A stretch of DNA of 25,881 nt, taken from positions 1 to 25,881 of the IMG/VR virus record IMGVR_UViG_3300047279_000049; one strand, given 5' to 3'. The translations under genes and the position numbers were made by a program. The notes below the pieces were generated by a model. It was not told where the DNA came from and did not search any database. It saw only the letters and a list, made by a program, of their open reading frames with translations. Positions 6,342-14,125 of this stretch are shown here, piece after piece. The stretch comes from a virus (Duplodnaviria > Caudoviricetes). Each line of letters begins with the position of its first letter. Positions within the stretch are counted from its first letter, which is position 1.

Positions 6342-7753
6342 GCTAATCTTGCTCTGTGCCAAGCCATTTCTGCTTGAATGCGTTGTGCTCGTTCTGCGGC
6401 TTCATCTACAACAGGCTGTCGTTCTGCCCAGCGATCATGTGGTGTATGAACCAGTTGAATGCCATCACCATAGTCCATTAGTAAGATTGCGTTGGCATCT
6501 TGTAAGTTGATTGCACGGCGTGTGCAAAAGCCATCATGTACCCATAACAATATCTCAGCGGCCTCGACATGAGCCATTACATGCTGAATCATTCGTGTTT
6601 CTGCTTGCTGATATAAGAATGCCAACATGCGTTTACGACTTAGCTTGCCATTGTTTGCTACCACTGGATCTGTTCTGTATGCTGGAGCAATTTCTAGCAC
6701 AGCATCACAAATTTGTCTGCCTATAGCATCTTGCTCGGCCATAAACTCCACAACCCAAGGGTGACGGCAAAACTCTTCTCTTGAACCCTTGTCGTAAATT
6801 ACACCAGCAAGGCCTTTGGTTTGTAGCACATCATTTTCATAGTATGCATTGCTTTTACGAGCACCAAAGCCAATTGCTGTAAGTGCTTGCTTGATGATGT
6901 TTAACTTGTGATCCGCGCTGCCTGAAGTGTCTACAAGTGTTTCTATCAAGCGGTTGCGTACTGTGTGCTTGTCCGTGATTAGTTCTCTTGTGCAACGAGT
7001 TCCGTCAGGTGTATCATACTTGCCCAAGTCTTGTATCATTCTCAGCATGTAAATTTGCCAAGCATACACACTACTGCGTAGGTCATAACTGTGATGTGTG
7101 CCTAAAGCCGCATGACGAACTGTGCTGGGACAGTTTTGTAAGTTAATGCCGCCATAATACACACGACCACTTTCTGCTGGCCGGCGTAGCATTGGTAGTC
7201 TAGCCCATGCATCATCAGTCTTAAACTGCTCTGCCACAGCCATAATGTTCATAGCTGATTTTTGTAAACTGGGCACACGAGCTTCCATGATAAATGAGCC
7301 TATGCTGTTTAAGTCAATGGGTGCCCAGTCATAAGCATCAGGCTCTGCTGACACTTGGTCTTTGATTGTTTCAATGTATTCTGCTTCCCAGTCCATTTCA
7401 AATAATACCTTTGCTTTTGTTAGTGTGCCCGCTTTACTTAGGCTACGATTTTTTGATCCTTTGACCTTAACTTCTACTAATGGAAACTGCTTGTGCAATA
7501 TGGGCCACCAATACTGTTGCTTACCTCTTGAACCAAACTGACCGCATGCCACATACAAGCGTTGTGTGCTAATAGGATACAAGTTCAACTTGATATCCAT
7601 TGGATCACGCAATTTATAATTTGCGGCTATTTCTTTGACCACAGCACGACGATAACGATCTGCTATCAGATACGGGTCACTGCGAAGATTTGGGTAACTC
7701 AATTGGATGTATTGAGCAACTAAATCTACATTACAAACTTGATCTATGTCCAC
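6338..7753 (-). CDS. Compact family-A / T7-RNAP-superfamily polymerase (TV-Pol-like, putative primase-polymerase)
   Basis: Motifs in the correct order: SGRVY..INLQNCP..VR; motif A YDLRSS; motif B IKQALTAIGFGA; LAFLYQQAE; motif C LLWVHDGF. No exonuclease domain recognised. GTG start with AAGGAG SD. Confidence 0.75.
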   Translation of the reverse strand: MDIDQVCNVDLVAQYIQLSYPNLRSDPYLIADRYRRAVVKEIAANYKLRDPMDIKLNLYPISTQRLYVACGQFGSRGKQQYWWPILHKQFPLVEVKVKGSKNRSLSKAGTLTKAKVLFEMDWEAEYIETIKDQVSAEPDAYDWAPIDLNSIGSFIMEARVPSLQKSAMNIMAVAEQFKTDDAWARLPMLRRPAESGRVYYGGINLQNCPSTVRHAALGTHHSYDLRSSVYAWQIYMLRMIQDLGKYDTPDGTRCTRELITDKHTVRNRLIETLVDTSGSADHKLNIIKQALTAIGFGARKSNAYYENDVLQTKGLAGVIYDKGSREEFCRHPWVVEFMAEQDAIGRQICDAVLEIAPAYRTDPVVANNGKLSRKRMLAFLYQQAETRMIQHVMAHVEAAEILLWVHDGFCTRRAINLQDANAILLMDYGDGIQLVHTPHDRWAERQPVVDEAAERAQRIQAEMAWHRARLA

Positions 7754-7827
7754 GAAGGGGCTCCTTATTAGTTCTTATTTCAACAACACTACACAATGCC
7801 ATGGGTGGCATTGGTATTACTTCAATT

Positions 7828-7856
7828 ATTATACTATTAGCATCACTATAGGGCAA
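7828..7856 (-). promoter_or_regulatory. Sigma70 promoter for the polymerase gene
   Basis: TTGCCC (7856-7851), 17 bp, TATAAT (7833-7828). Confidence 0.65.
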
Positions 7857-7884
7857 TATTGCGTTTCGCCAAACATCACTATAG
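7841..7884 (+). repeat. Direct repeat CATCACTATAG x2, 33 bp apart
   Basis: Copies at 7841-7851 and 7874-7884, each followed shortly by CAATAT. Flanked by hairpins at 7794-7813 and 7898-7916. Confidence 0.8.
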
Positions 7885-7920
7885 ATTGCCAATATAAAGC
7901 CACCCTAAAGTGGCTTGTAA

Positions 7921-8478
7921 TTAGCCAAATATGCTGTTTAACATTCTACTGGCTCGAGTAGGAGTACTAATGGGATTGCTTTGAACATCAATGATTCTGT
8001 CCTCAATCCAATCCAAGTGTTCCATGGTGATCTGGTCAATTGACTCAATACCAAACTTAGCCAAGGCCCAAGCACACACTTGCCAGTTGTGACGGTCCAC
8101 CATTGACTTTTTAATGTCCTTCAACCGACCATTCTTTTGCTTGGCAACCAATTCCTTTTTACAAACATTGATAATATGTTTGGTGGTGTAAACTTGAGGA
8201 TCAACTCCAATGGGTTCTGAGCCACCTTGTTCTTGTAACATAGCATCCAATTCTTGCCATGCTACTTCTCTGGCTCTTACAATCGAGCCACCATCTTGAT
8301 CCTTGATAGCTTCAGCAAGTTCTTCTGCTTTGGAGGCAATGCTGTTGCACCACTCATCCAACCTGTCACGGATCTCTTCCGTGGTGCCTGATGCGGCTCT
8401 AATGTAGCAGGTTGGTTCCTGGTTGGGGTATTTTGGATTGGGAGGTAGTTCTTCCCAGTGTCCTCTGTATATTGTCAT
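7921..8478 (-). CDS. Hypothetical early protein
   Basis: 185-aa ORF with AAAGG SD and its own sigma70 promoter. No recognisable motif. Confidence 0.75.
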   Translation of the reverse strand: MTIYRGHWEELPPNPKYPNQEPTCYIRAASGTTEEIRDRLDEWCNSIASKAEELAEAIKDQDGGSIVRAREVAWQELDAMLQEQGGSEPIGVDPQVYTTKHIINVCKKELVAKQKNGRLKDIKKSMVDRHNWQVCAWALAKFGIESIDQITMEHLDWIEDRIIDVQSNPISTPTRASRMLNSIFG

Positions 8479-8509
8479 ATTTTAGCCTTTCTGTTGTTGT
8501 CGTTTTAAC

Positions 8510-8538
8510 AGTATACAGCTATTTACATCTAAAGTCAA
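8510..8538 (-). promoter_or_regulatory. Sigma70 promoter with embedded TAAATA
   Basis: TTGACT (8538-8533), 17 bp, TATACT (8515-8510). GTAAATA lies in the spacer (8520-8526). Confidence 0.8.
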
Positions 8539-8609
8539 GAAACAGGTTGATATAGCCAAAAAAACGCTGATTTGATCTACAACCACCTTTTTCGTCGCTA
8601 AATATTTGT

Positions 8610-8748
8610 ACACGCTGTTGCAATGACAGCGGATAGGATCAAGTATATACTCCAGTTGTTAGTCGTGTATCATTTGAAGCCTTTGTGTAGTTACAGCCAT
8701 TTCTACACATCTTGATCCGCAACAAACCCGCCTAGTGCGGGTTTTTTG
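8610..8748 (+). ncRNA. Candidate structured small RNA
   Basis: CTAAATA at 8598-8604; hairpin 8613-8631; long-range stem GGATCAAG 8636-8643 / CTTGATCC 8711-8718 enclosing TGTGTAG/CTACACA (8684-8709); terminator whose longer U-tract is on the plus strand. Confidence 0.6.
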
Positions 8749-8750
8749 TT
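8724..8750 (+). terminator. Rho-independent terminator (probably bidirectional)
   Basis: AAACCCGC-CTAGT-GCGGGTTTTTTGTT. The minus strand reads hairpin + TTTGTT just after the 8755 stop. Confidence 0.9.
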
Positions 8751-8754
8751 GGCT

Positions 8755-9477
8755 TTAACTTCTGTAGATCTTGTTTGCTACAGCTAATTTGTGTACAGTA
8801 AACCTTGTGCAACCATGTTTGTCAGCAATGGCTTGACATGTGATATCAGGTGTTCTCAAATCATCTATGATGGCCAGGTGATCTAAGGGCTTGCGGCCAA
8901 AATGCATGTGTTCTGCTGGTTTCCCATCGCGCCACTTTCTTTGAATGTAGCGTATGGTTTCAACCATTACACCCATTTCCTCACTGACCTGTCGTGGTGT
9001 CATGCCACGATCAAACATTTTATAAACCTTCTCGTGGTCCACACTGGCCCTAACGCCCAGTTCAGTTTGAGTCTTGGCTCGTTCCTTTTCCCGCTCAGGA
9101 GTACACCACCAAATCATGTGAGCACCAGAATGGTTAAGTGTTCTAAGCACACCTAGTATGTCCTCGAATGGCACTTGCCAAGCACGACCAATTGCAGGTG
9201 TTGGATCTGGTTTGGGCACCCACTTGTTGTTTCTTTGATTGATCTGTAGATCAAAGAATCTAATTAGGCTGGGATATGGAAAGTCAATTGTGGCACAAGG
9301 ACGCAACCAAATGGCTGACACACTCAGCAGTTTGGGTTTGATTATGCTTTCGCTGGCTTCAATACTGCCGCCTGTGTCAAAGGCACGATTGGGCCACATT
9401 CTTGGGCTACCAGGTATTTTGTTGACGGCTGTTATAACTTGGGTGCGTGGATTGACCCACGAGTTTTCTTTATGCAT
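8755..9477 (-). CDS. Putative DNA-binding regulator with two C-terminal HTH motifs
   Basis: GMTPRQVSEEMGVMVETIRYI and ITCQAIADKHGCTRFTVHKL are HTH-like. Confidence 0.65.
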   Translation of the reverse strand: MHKENSWVNPRTQVITAVNKIPGSPRMWPNRAFDTGGSIEASESIIKPKLLSVSAIWLRPCATIDFPYPSLIRFFDLQINQRNNKWVPKPDPTPAIGRAWQVPFEDILGVLRTLNHSGAHMIWWCTPEREKERAKTQTELGVRASVDHEKVYKMFDRGMTPRQVSEEMGVMVETIRYIQRKWRDGKPAEHMHFGRKPLDHLAIIDDLRTPDITCQAIADKHGCTRFTVHKLAVANKIYRS

Positions 9478-9514
9478 AACCGTAGTTATACTAAATTAGA
9501 GCCAGGTGTTTATC

Positions 9515-11167
9515 TTAAAATAAGGCTTGCCAAGTAGTACCATCATAACACTCAAGTTTGACTGTTGTGGTATTAAAGATAACCCAACCCTGTGCTGGTG
9601 TTAGAGCATCTCTAACTGTTGTGGTCATAGTAGGGAATGCCACTGGCTTGACAAAACTTGCTTTGGTGGTGTCAAACACCACATGGTTAGTGGTGCTACT
9701 GCCTTGTTGCAATGTTAGTGTATCTGCACGATATGTTCCTGTGCTTGCATTATGATCAATCAAACTAACACGGTTTGCCACATTCATTGCTGTGCCAAGT
9801 GTGTAACTACGCACACGCAAACCAGCCGCACCTGTTACATTGGTTAAGCCCATAGTGCCAGCCGCACTGGCTTGGTTACCTGCAGTGGCAATATACATAC
9901 CAATGGCCGTGCCAGTTGTTATAGAATAAACAGCATAGCCAATGCCATCAAACTTGCCTGATGTAGATCCTGAAATAGTTACTTTTGAGTTTTGTCCAAA
10001 TGGTGCCGCTGTTTGTGTAGCATAGTTAAACAACACACGATGGCGTTCAAATGTTAAACCAGTGATACCACTTGTAGTAGCAACAGGCTTACCACCAGGC
10101 GTGGCACTTAATGTAAATGTGGTCGTTGGGTTAGCACCTGCTATAACATAATACAAGTTGCCAGAAACATAACCAGTCCATGTGCCACCAGAAATTGTTC
10201 CAGTAACACGCACCACATCATTGCGTCGAATGTCACCACTTGTGCAAGTAAACACACCTGCACCACTTGAAGCAACAGAACCAATTGTTAGCAGTTGTCT
10301 AAGAATGTAGTTGCCGCCTTGAACAGCGTTGGCAATAGTGAAAGCACTTTCTGTATAGTTTTCTGCGGCTACACCTTGAATTTGCAGTGGATGAAATGCT
10401 GTCATACCACCACCTTGGTTTTGACTTGCTACATAGTTGCCAAAGCCAGTAGTAGCGTAGCCAGCATAGTTAATGGTACCTAATGTATCAGTACTCACAG
10501 TTGCAGTAGGTGATGTATCTGTACCATTGGCAGTTCTCAATGCAATTGCCGCACTGGTTAATGTGCCTGCGGCAGTATCACCAAAGTATTGTGTTAAACT
10601 ACATTGAGCACCATAACCATTTGTACCACCTGTAGAGCTTACAATATCAAAACCATTGTTACCTGAAGTTGTGTTTAGTACAGGTGGAGCTACTGTATAA
10701 GATTCGTTTTGTGTTGCTTCAATGGCACCTTTCAGTCTTGTGCCATCTCGTAATTGTGTGTTGACCCAACTACTTGAAGCAGAGTCATATTGTAGGAACT
10801 GTTTGTCTTGTGGACTTGTGACAGCAACTTGTTCTGGAATACCACTTACACCACCTGTGGCACTTGTAGGATGCCAGCCACCTTCTAAGCCGGTTGTACT
10901 AATGGCACGAATCCAATAATATCTTGTGCCTGTTTCTAAACTGTGATCTGTATAATCATTGGCCTTGACCTGTGCTACCATTGTGGCAGAGGCACGATCG
11001 TTTGCTGTATGGCGCCAAATTTGAATGTAGTCTACATCTCGTTGTGGTGGATTGGCCCAGTGTAATCTAACAGCATCCCATTCTCGTTCTGTTGTCAGCG
11101 CACTAGGTGCGTCAGGTGCTGTACCTTCACCTGTTACTGTATCATCATCAATTGTAATAACTGCCAT
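9515..11167 (-). CDS. Tail-tip / receptor-binding protein with N-terminal FN3 domain
   Basis: FN3 motif (LHWANPP...TRYYWIRAI), T/G/S-rich beta body, and C-terminal PTMTTTVRDAL...GWVIFNTTT..LECYDGTTW fibre motif. Confidence 0.8.
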   Translation of the reverse strand: MAVITIDDDTVTGEGTAPDAPSALTTEREWDAVRLHWANPPQRDVDYIQIWRHTANDRASATMVAQVKANDYTDHSLETGTRYYWIRAISTTGLEGGWHPTSATGGVSGIPEQVAVTSPQDKQFLQYDSASSSWVNTQLRDGTRLKGAIEATQNESYTVAPPVLNTTSGNNGFDIVSSTGGTNGYGAQCSLTQYFGDTAAGTLTSAAIALRTANGTDTSPTATVSTDTLGTINYAGYATTGFGNYVASQNQGGGMTAFHPLQIQGVAAENYTESAFTIANAVQGGNYILRQLLTIGSVASSGAGVFTCTSGDIRRNDVVRVTGTISGGTWTGYVSGNLYYVIAGANPTTTFTLSATPGGKPVATTSGITGLTFERHRVLFNYATQTAAPFGQNSKVTISGSTSGKFDGIGYAVYSITTGTAIGMYIATAGNQASAAGTMGLTNVTGAAGLRVRSYTLGTAMNVANRVSLIDHNASTGTYRADTLTLQQGSSTTNHVVFDTTKASFVKPVAFPTMTTTVRDALTPAQGWVIFNTTTVKLECYDGTTWQALF

Positions 11168-11176
11168 GTCTTGTCC

Positions 11177-13114
11177 TTATGTTAGGTATGCTGAATAAGA
11201 GCCGTAAGCGTTGACTGCTCTTACCTTTACTGTGTATGTTCCATTTGGCAGTGGACCAAATGAGATTGAAGTGCCTGTTGTTCTAGAATAGTTTTCATAT
11301 CCAGTTGCTGTCACTTGTATTTCATATTCTTTAATTGTACCATCACCTGTTGGTGCTGTCCAACTAGCATCAATAAACACTTGCTTGCTACCATCACTGG
11401 CTGATACAACTCGAGTGGCTGTGGTCAACCCAGTTGGTGCGGCTACTGAGTTAAAGTCAGGAAGTGTAACAGAGCCTGGTTCAGTAATCTCTGGCAATGT
11501 TGTTAGCAAGTATGCTTCATGTTGATATTCTGTTGCTGTGATATCAATAGTGCCATCCAAGTTAATGCCCATGCTCATGATACGGAATAGTTTTTGTGTC
11601 CATCCCATGTTTTCAATACTGATACAAACAACATCACCTACTTCAACTACCAGTGCTGAATAAACTGCTTGGAAGTTGATGGCCATTTGGTTACGACTTT
11701 GATTTAAGATAATGCCAGCAAGTGTCATTGCGTTGCGTTGATCTGTTACCATGGGCAATTCAATTTCACGCTCAAAGATTTCGTTGTTGTCTCGAGCTAG
11801 ATATGTTGCGCTGTCATAGTATTGGATACTTGGATTGTAATCACTGCGCTCATCATAGTAAGTGAGTTTCATGCGATTGAAACGATTTGACTTTGAAGCC
11901 AACTGCACATCATACTTGCCAATCATGTTGTTTTCATTAAATTGGTACAAGCTGTTTAGTAGTGTTGAGTCCACTTGCGGGTCAGTTCCACCTTGTGGGT
12001 ATTCAATATCAGTTGCTGGATCAACAACTTCCTTGTTTAGTTTCAAATAGTATTGTCCATTAGAGAACACCAAATAACCTTGGAAGCAACTTAGAATACG
12101 CTTGATGTTGTTGTATAAAGTATCATCTGGTTCACAGTGACCATTGATCATGTAACGCACATAAGTTTCTGTAGTGCCACCAAATGAGGCTTGGACTGTT
12201 TGTTTACAGTAACGCTTGGCATCAATAAAGCTGTCAATGTTGATGTGTCCTGTGTCAATGCCTTTTCCGTAGCGGCTATTTGTAAGGTAATTGTAAACCA
12301 CATCCGCAGGGTTTACACCCCAGGAATTGTTGTAAGGGCTTGCTGGCTCAGTATAAGTTATATCACCATCAGTAGTACTACGATATGCCACGCTGTACTT
12401 GTTGCTTAGACTTTCTACTCTAGCAACTTTAACACCATCAATTTCTAGTGTGATGTTGGGAATTGAATTGTAAACATCTGGATTGAACTTGAATTCAAAG
12501 TAAACAAGAGCAACACCAGTACACTTGGCATTGGCGTCCCACTCAGCAAACTTGCCTGTTAGATATGAAAACGCACTTTGTGTTTCAGTGCCCAAGCGAT
12601 ATTCAAAGCGCAAGTGGTCGCGGAACTTTTCTGTAATCTTTGAGTCAGTGCCAGTGACGACTTGACCTACACCTGCCGTTTCAGTATTTTGTGTGCCACC
12701 TGGTGTGCCTACTGTCATGTCAATGGCAAGTATGTCATTAAAGTAAACTTTGCGTATGCGGCCAATTTCACCTTCACTCACAGCCATGACCATGTGTAGG
12801 TATGTTTTGTCTTTGACATTCAAATAGATTCGTCTTGCGCCTACTTTGCGACGGCCATACACAATAGGAATTTGTGCGATGCCACTCGCTTCGTTGGCCA
12901 TGATACCACTTTGACTTACGCCTGTACCATTGCCCCCATCTCGTTTGTTAAGGCCTAATACACTTGAACCAAGTGCTTGAATACCCATGGCAATAACTGT
13001 TCTTGCTAACAAGAAACCAAGTCCACTACTACCAAAGCCAATTGCTGTTGCTAATGGACCTGCCAAGGCAATTGCCGCAATAGCAATAATGGCACCAAAT
13101 GCTTTTTTACCCAT
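11177..13114 (-). CDS. Central tail-tip protein (lambda gpJ-like, N-terminal part)
   Basis: IPIVYGRRKVG, SEGEI, NPAD..YNYLTNSRYGKG, VEVGDVV motifs and a C-terminal FN3. Follows the NlpC/P60 gene. Confidence 0.9.
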   Translation of the reverse strand: MGKKAFGAIIAIAAIALAGPLATAIGFGSSGLGFLLARTVIAMGIQALGSSVLGLNKRDGGNGTGVSQSGIMANEASGIAQIPIVYGRRKVGARRIYLNVKDKTYLHMVMAVSEGEIGRIRKVYFNDILAIDMTVGTPGGTQNTETAGVGQVVTGTDSKITEKFRDHLRFEYRLGTETQSAFSYLTGKFAEWDANAKCTGVALVYFEFKFNPDVYNSIPNITLEIDGVKVARVESLSNKYSVAYRSTTDGDITYTEPASPYNNSWGVNPADVVYNYLTNSRYGKGIDTGHINIDSFIDAKRYCKQTVQASFGGTTETYVRYMINGHCEPDDTLYNNIKRILSCFQGYLVFSNGQYYLKLNKEVVDPATDIEYPQGGTDPQVDSTLLNSLYQFNENNMIGKYDVQLASKSNRFNRMKLTYYDERSDYNPSIQYYDSATYLARDNNEIFEREIELPMVTDQRNAMTLAGIILNQSRNQMAINFQAVYSALVVEVGDVVCISIENMGWTQKLFRIMSMGINLDGTIDITATEYQHEAYLLTTLPEITEPGSVTLPDFNSVAAPTGLTTATRVVSASDGSKQVFIDASWTAPTGDGTIKEYEIQVTATGYENYSRTTGTSISFGPLPNGTYTVKVRAVNAYGSYSAYLT

Positions 13115-13514
13115 GTTGTCTTCCTAATGTATATTCCGTTGCCTCAATGGGCCTTATTACTGTGCCACGGTCAATTTCAACTGACCATATGCTGCCACCA
13201 AACACCAAACCTGCGTGCCAGTAGCCTGATTCTGGTTCTAACACAATATCGTAATCTTGTAATTCACTACTAGTAATTATCCCATATCCTTGTAGTGCGA
13301 TCCACTCAGGAGCACTTGGTATGGTCTTTTGAAAACGAATTGCACTACGCAGGTCTGTGTACTTGTGTCGAATGTATTCACTGCGAGTACCTGAATCCAG
13401 GTGATCCAAGTAATCTGTTATAAACAAATTACAATCCCATTCACCCCATGCCCAAGGAGTAGCTGACCTAGTTACTAAAAAATTAGCAGTTCTAAGAACA
13501 CGCTGATTTATCAA
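13107..13514 (-). CDS. NlpC/P60-like tail assembly protein (gpK-like)
   Basis: WAWGEWDC and HAGL catalytic Cys/His motifs; synteny. Confidence 0.85.
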   Translation of the reverse strand: MINQRVLRTANFLVTRSATPWAWGEWDCNLFITDYLDHLDSGTRSEYIRHKYTDLRSAIRFQKTIPSAPEWIALQGYGIITSSELQDYDIVLEPESGYWHAGLVFGGSIWSVEIDRGTVIRPIEATEYTLGRQHG

Positions 13515-14125
13515 CTACCGCCCCACTTCAAGTCTTTGATAGCAATGTTGGCAAACTTAAAACCTGTGTCATTGGCAAAGAAAAACTTTTGTTCACTGGG
13601 GTTGGTATGGCGACCTGCTCTGCGTTCATAATCAACCCATTGGCTTGATGCCGCACAACCAATTGTGATACCATTTTCTGGATCGTCACTGATAACTGGT
13701 TTGTCAATACGACCATCAAATATCATAACTGGATCACCAATTCTAGTGCCTGCATCATCATACCAAACACGAAATATCTTCATTGGTTGGTCCAAGTATT
13801 GATTACCTAAAAACAATTCCAAATCAGCGTCACGCACACCACCTAGTGTAATTGTCACTGAGTTGATTTGAAAGTCTGCTGATTCATCCACATTACCAAA
13901 CTGTAAGAATGGACCAAGTGCTGTGAATGTTTGTGTACCTTGACCAATACCCATGCTGGAAATATCTGTGTCTACAGTAATGTCGTAAGGAGCATTGGAT
14001 ATGTAAGTGTGTTCTAAAGTACTAGTACCTGTGTCACGAACACGCAGATACAACAACTCAAAGAACTTGGCGTTCTGTAAGTTGTTGGCTGTAATTTGCT
14101 GTGAGGATAAGTTTCTATTGGCCAT
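13511..14125 (-). CDS. Baseplate hub / minor tail protein (gpL-like)
   Basis: IFDGRID...WVDYERRAGRHTN..EQ..FF..DTGF.F......LKWG; located between Dit and NlpC/P60. Confidence 0.8.
   Translation of the reverse strand: MANRNLSSQQITANNLQNAKFFELLYLRVRDTGTSTLEHTYISNAPYDITVDTDISSMGIGQGTQTFTALGPFLQFGNVDESADFQINSVTITLGGVRDADLELFLGNQYLDQPMKIFRVWYDDAGTRIGDPVMIFDGRIDKPVISDDPENGITIGCAASSQWVDYERRAGRHTNPSEQKFFFANDTGFKFANIAIKDLKWGGS

Noticed and set aside
7843-7853. T7 promoter from cloning-vector contamination
   Set aside because: Only 11 nt match and the upstream TAATACGAC is absent. The motif recurs natively 33 bp away and there is no other vector sequence.
8610-8750. tRNA or tmRNA
   Set aside because: No TTC-type T-loop, anticodon arm or CCA acceptor geometry is recognisable.
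9515-11167. Diversity-generating retroelement target
   Set aside because: No reverse transcriptase and no template/variable repeat pair seen in the window.
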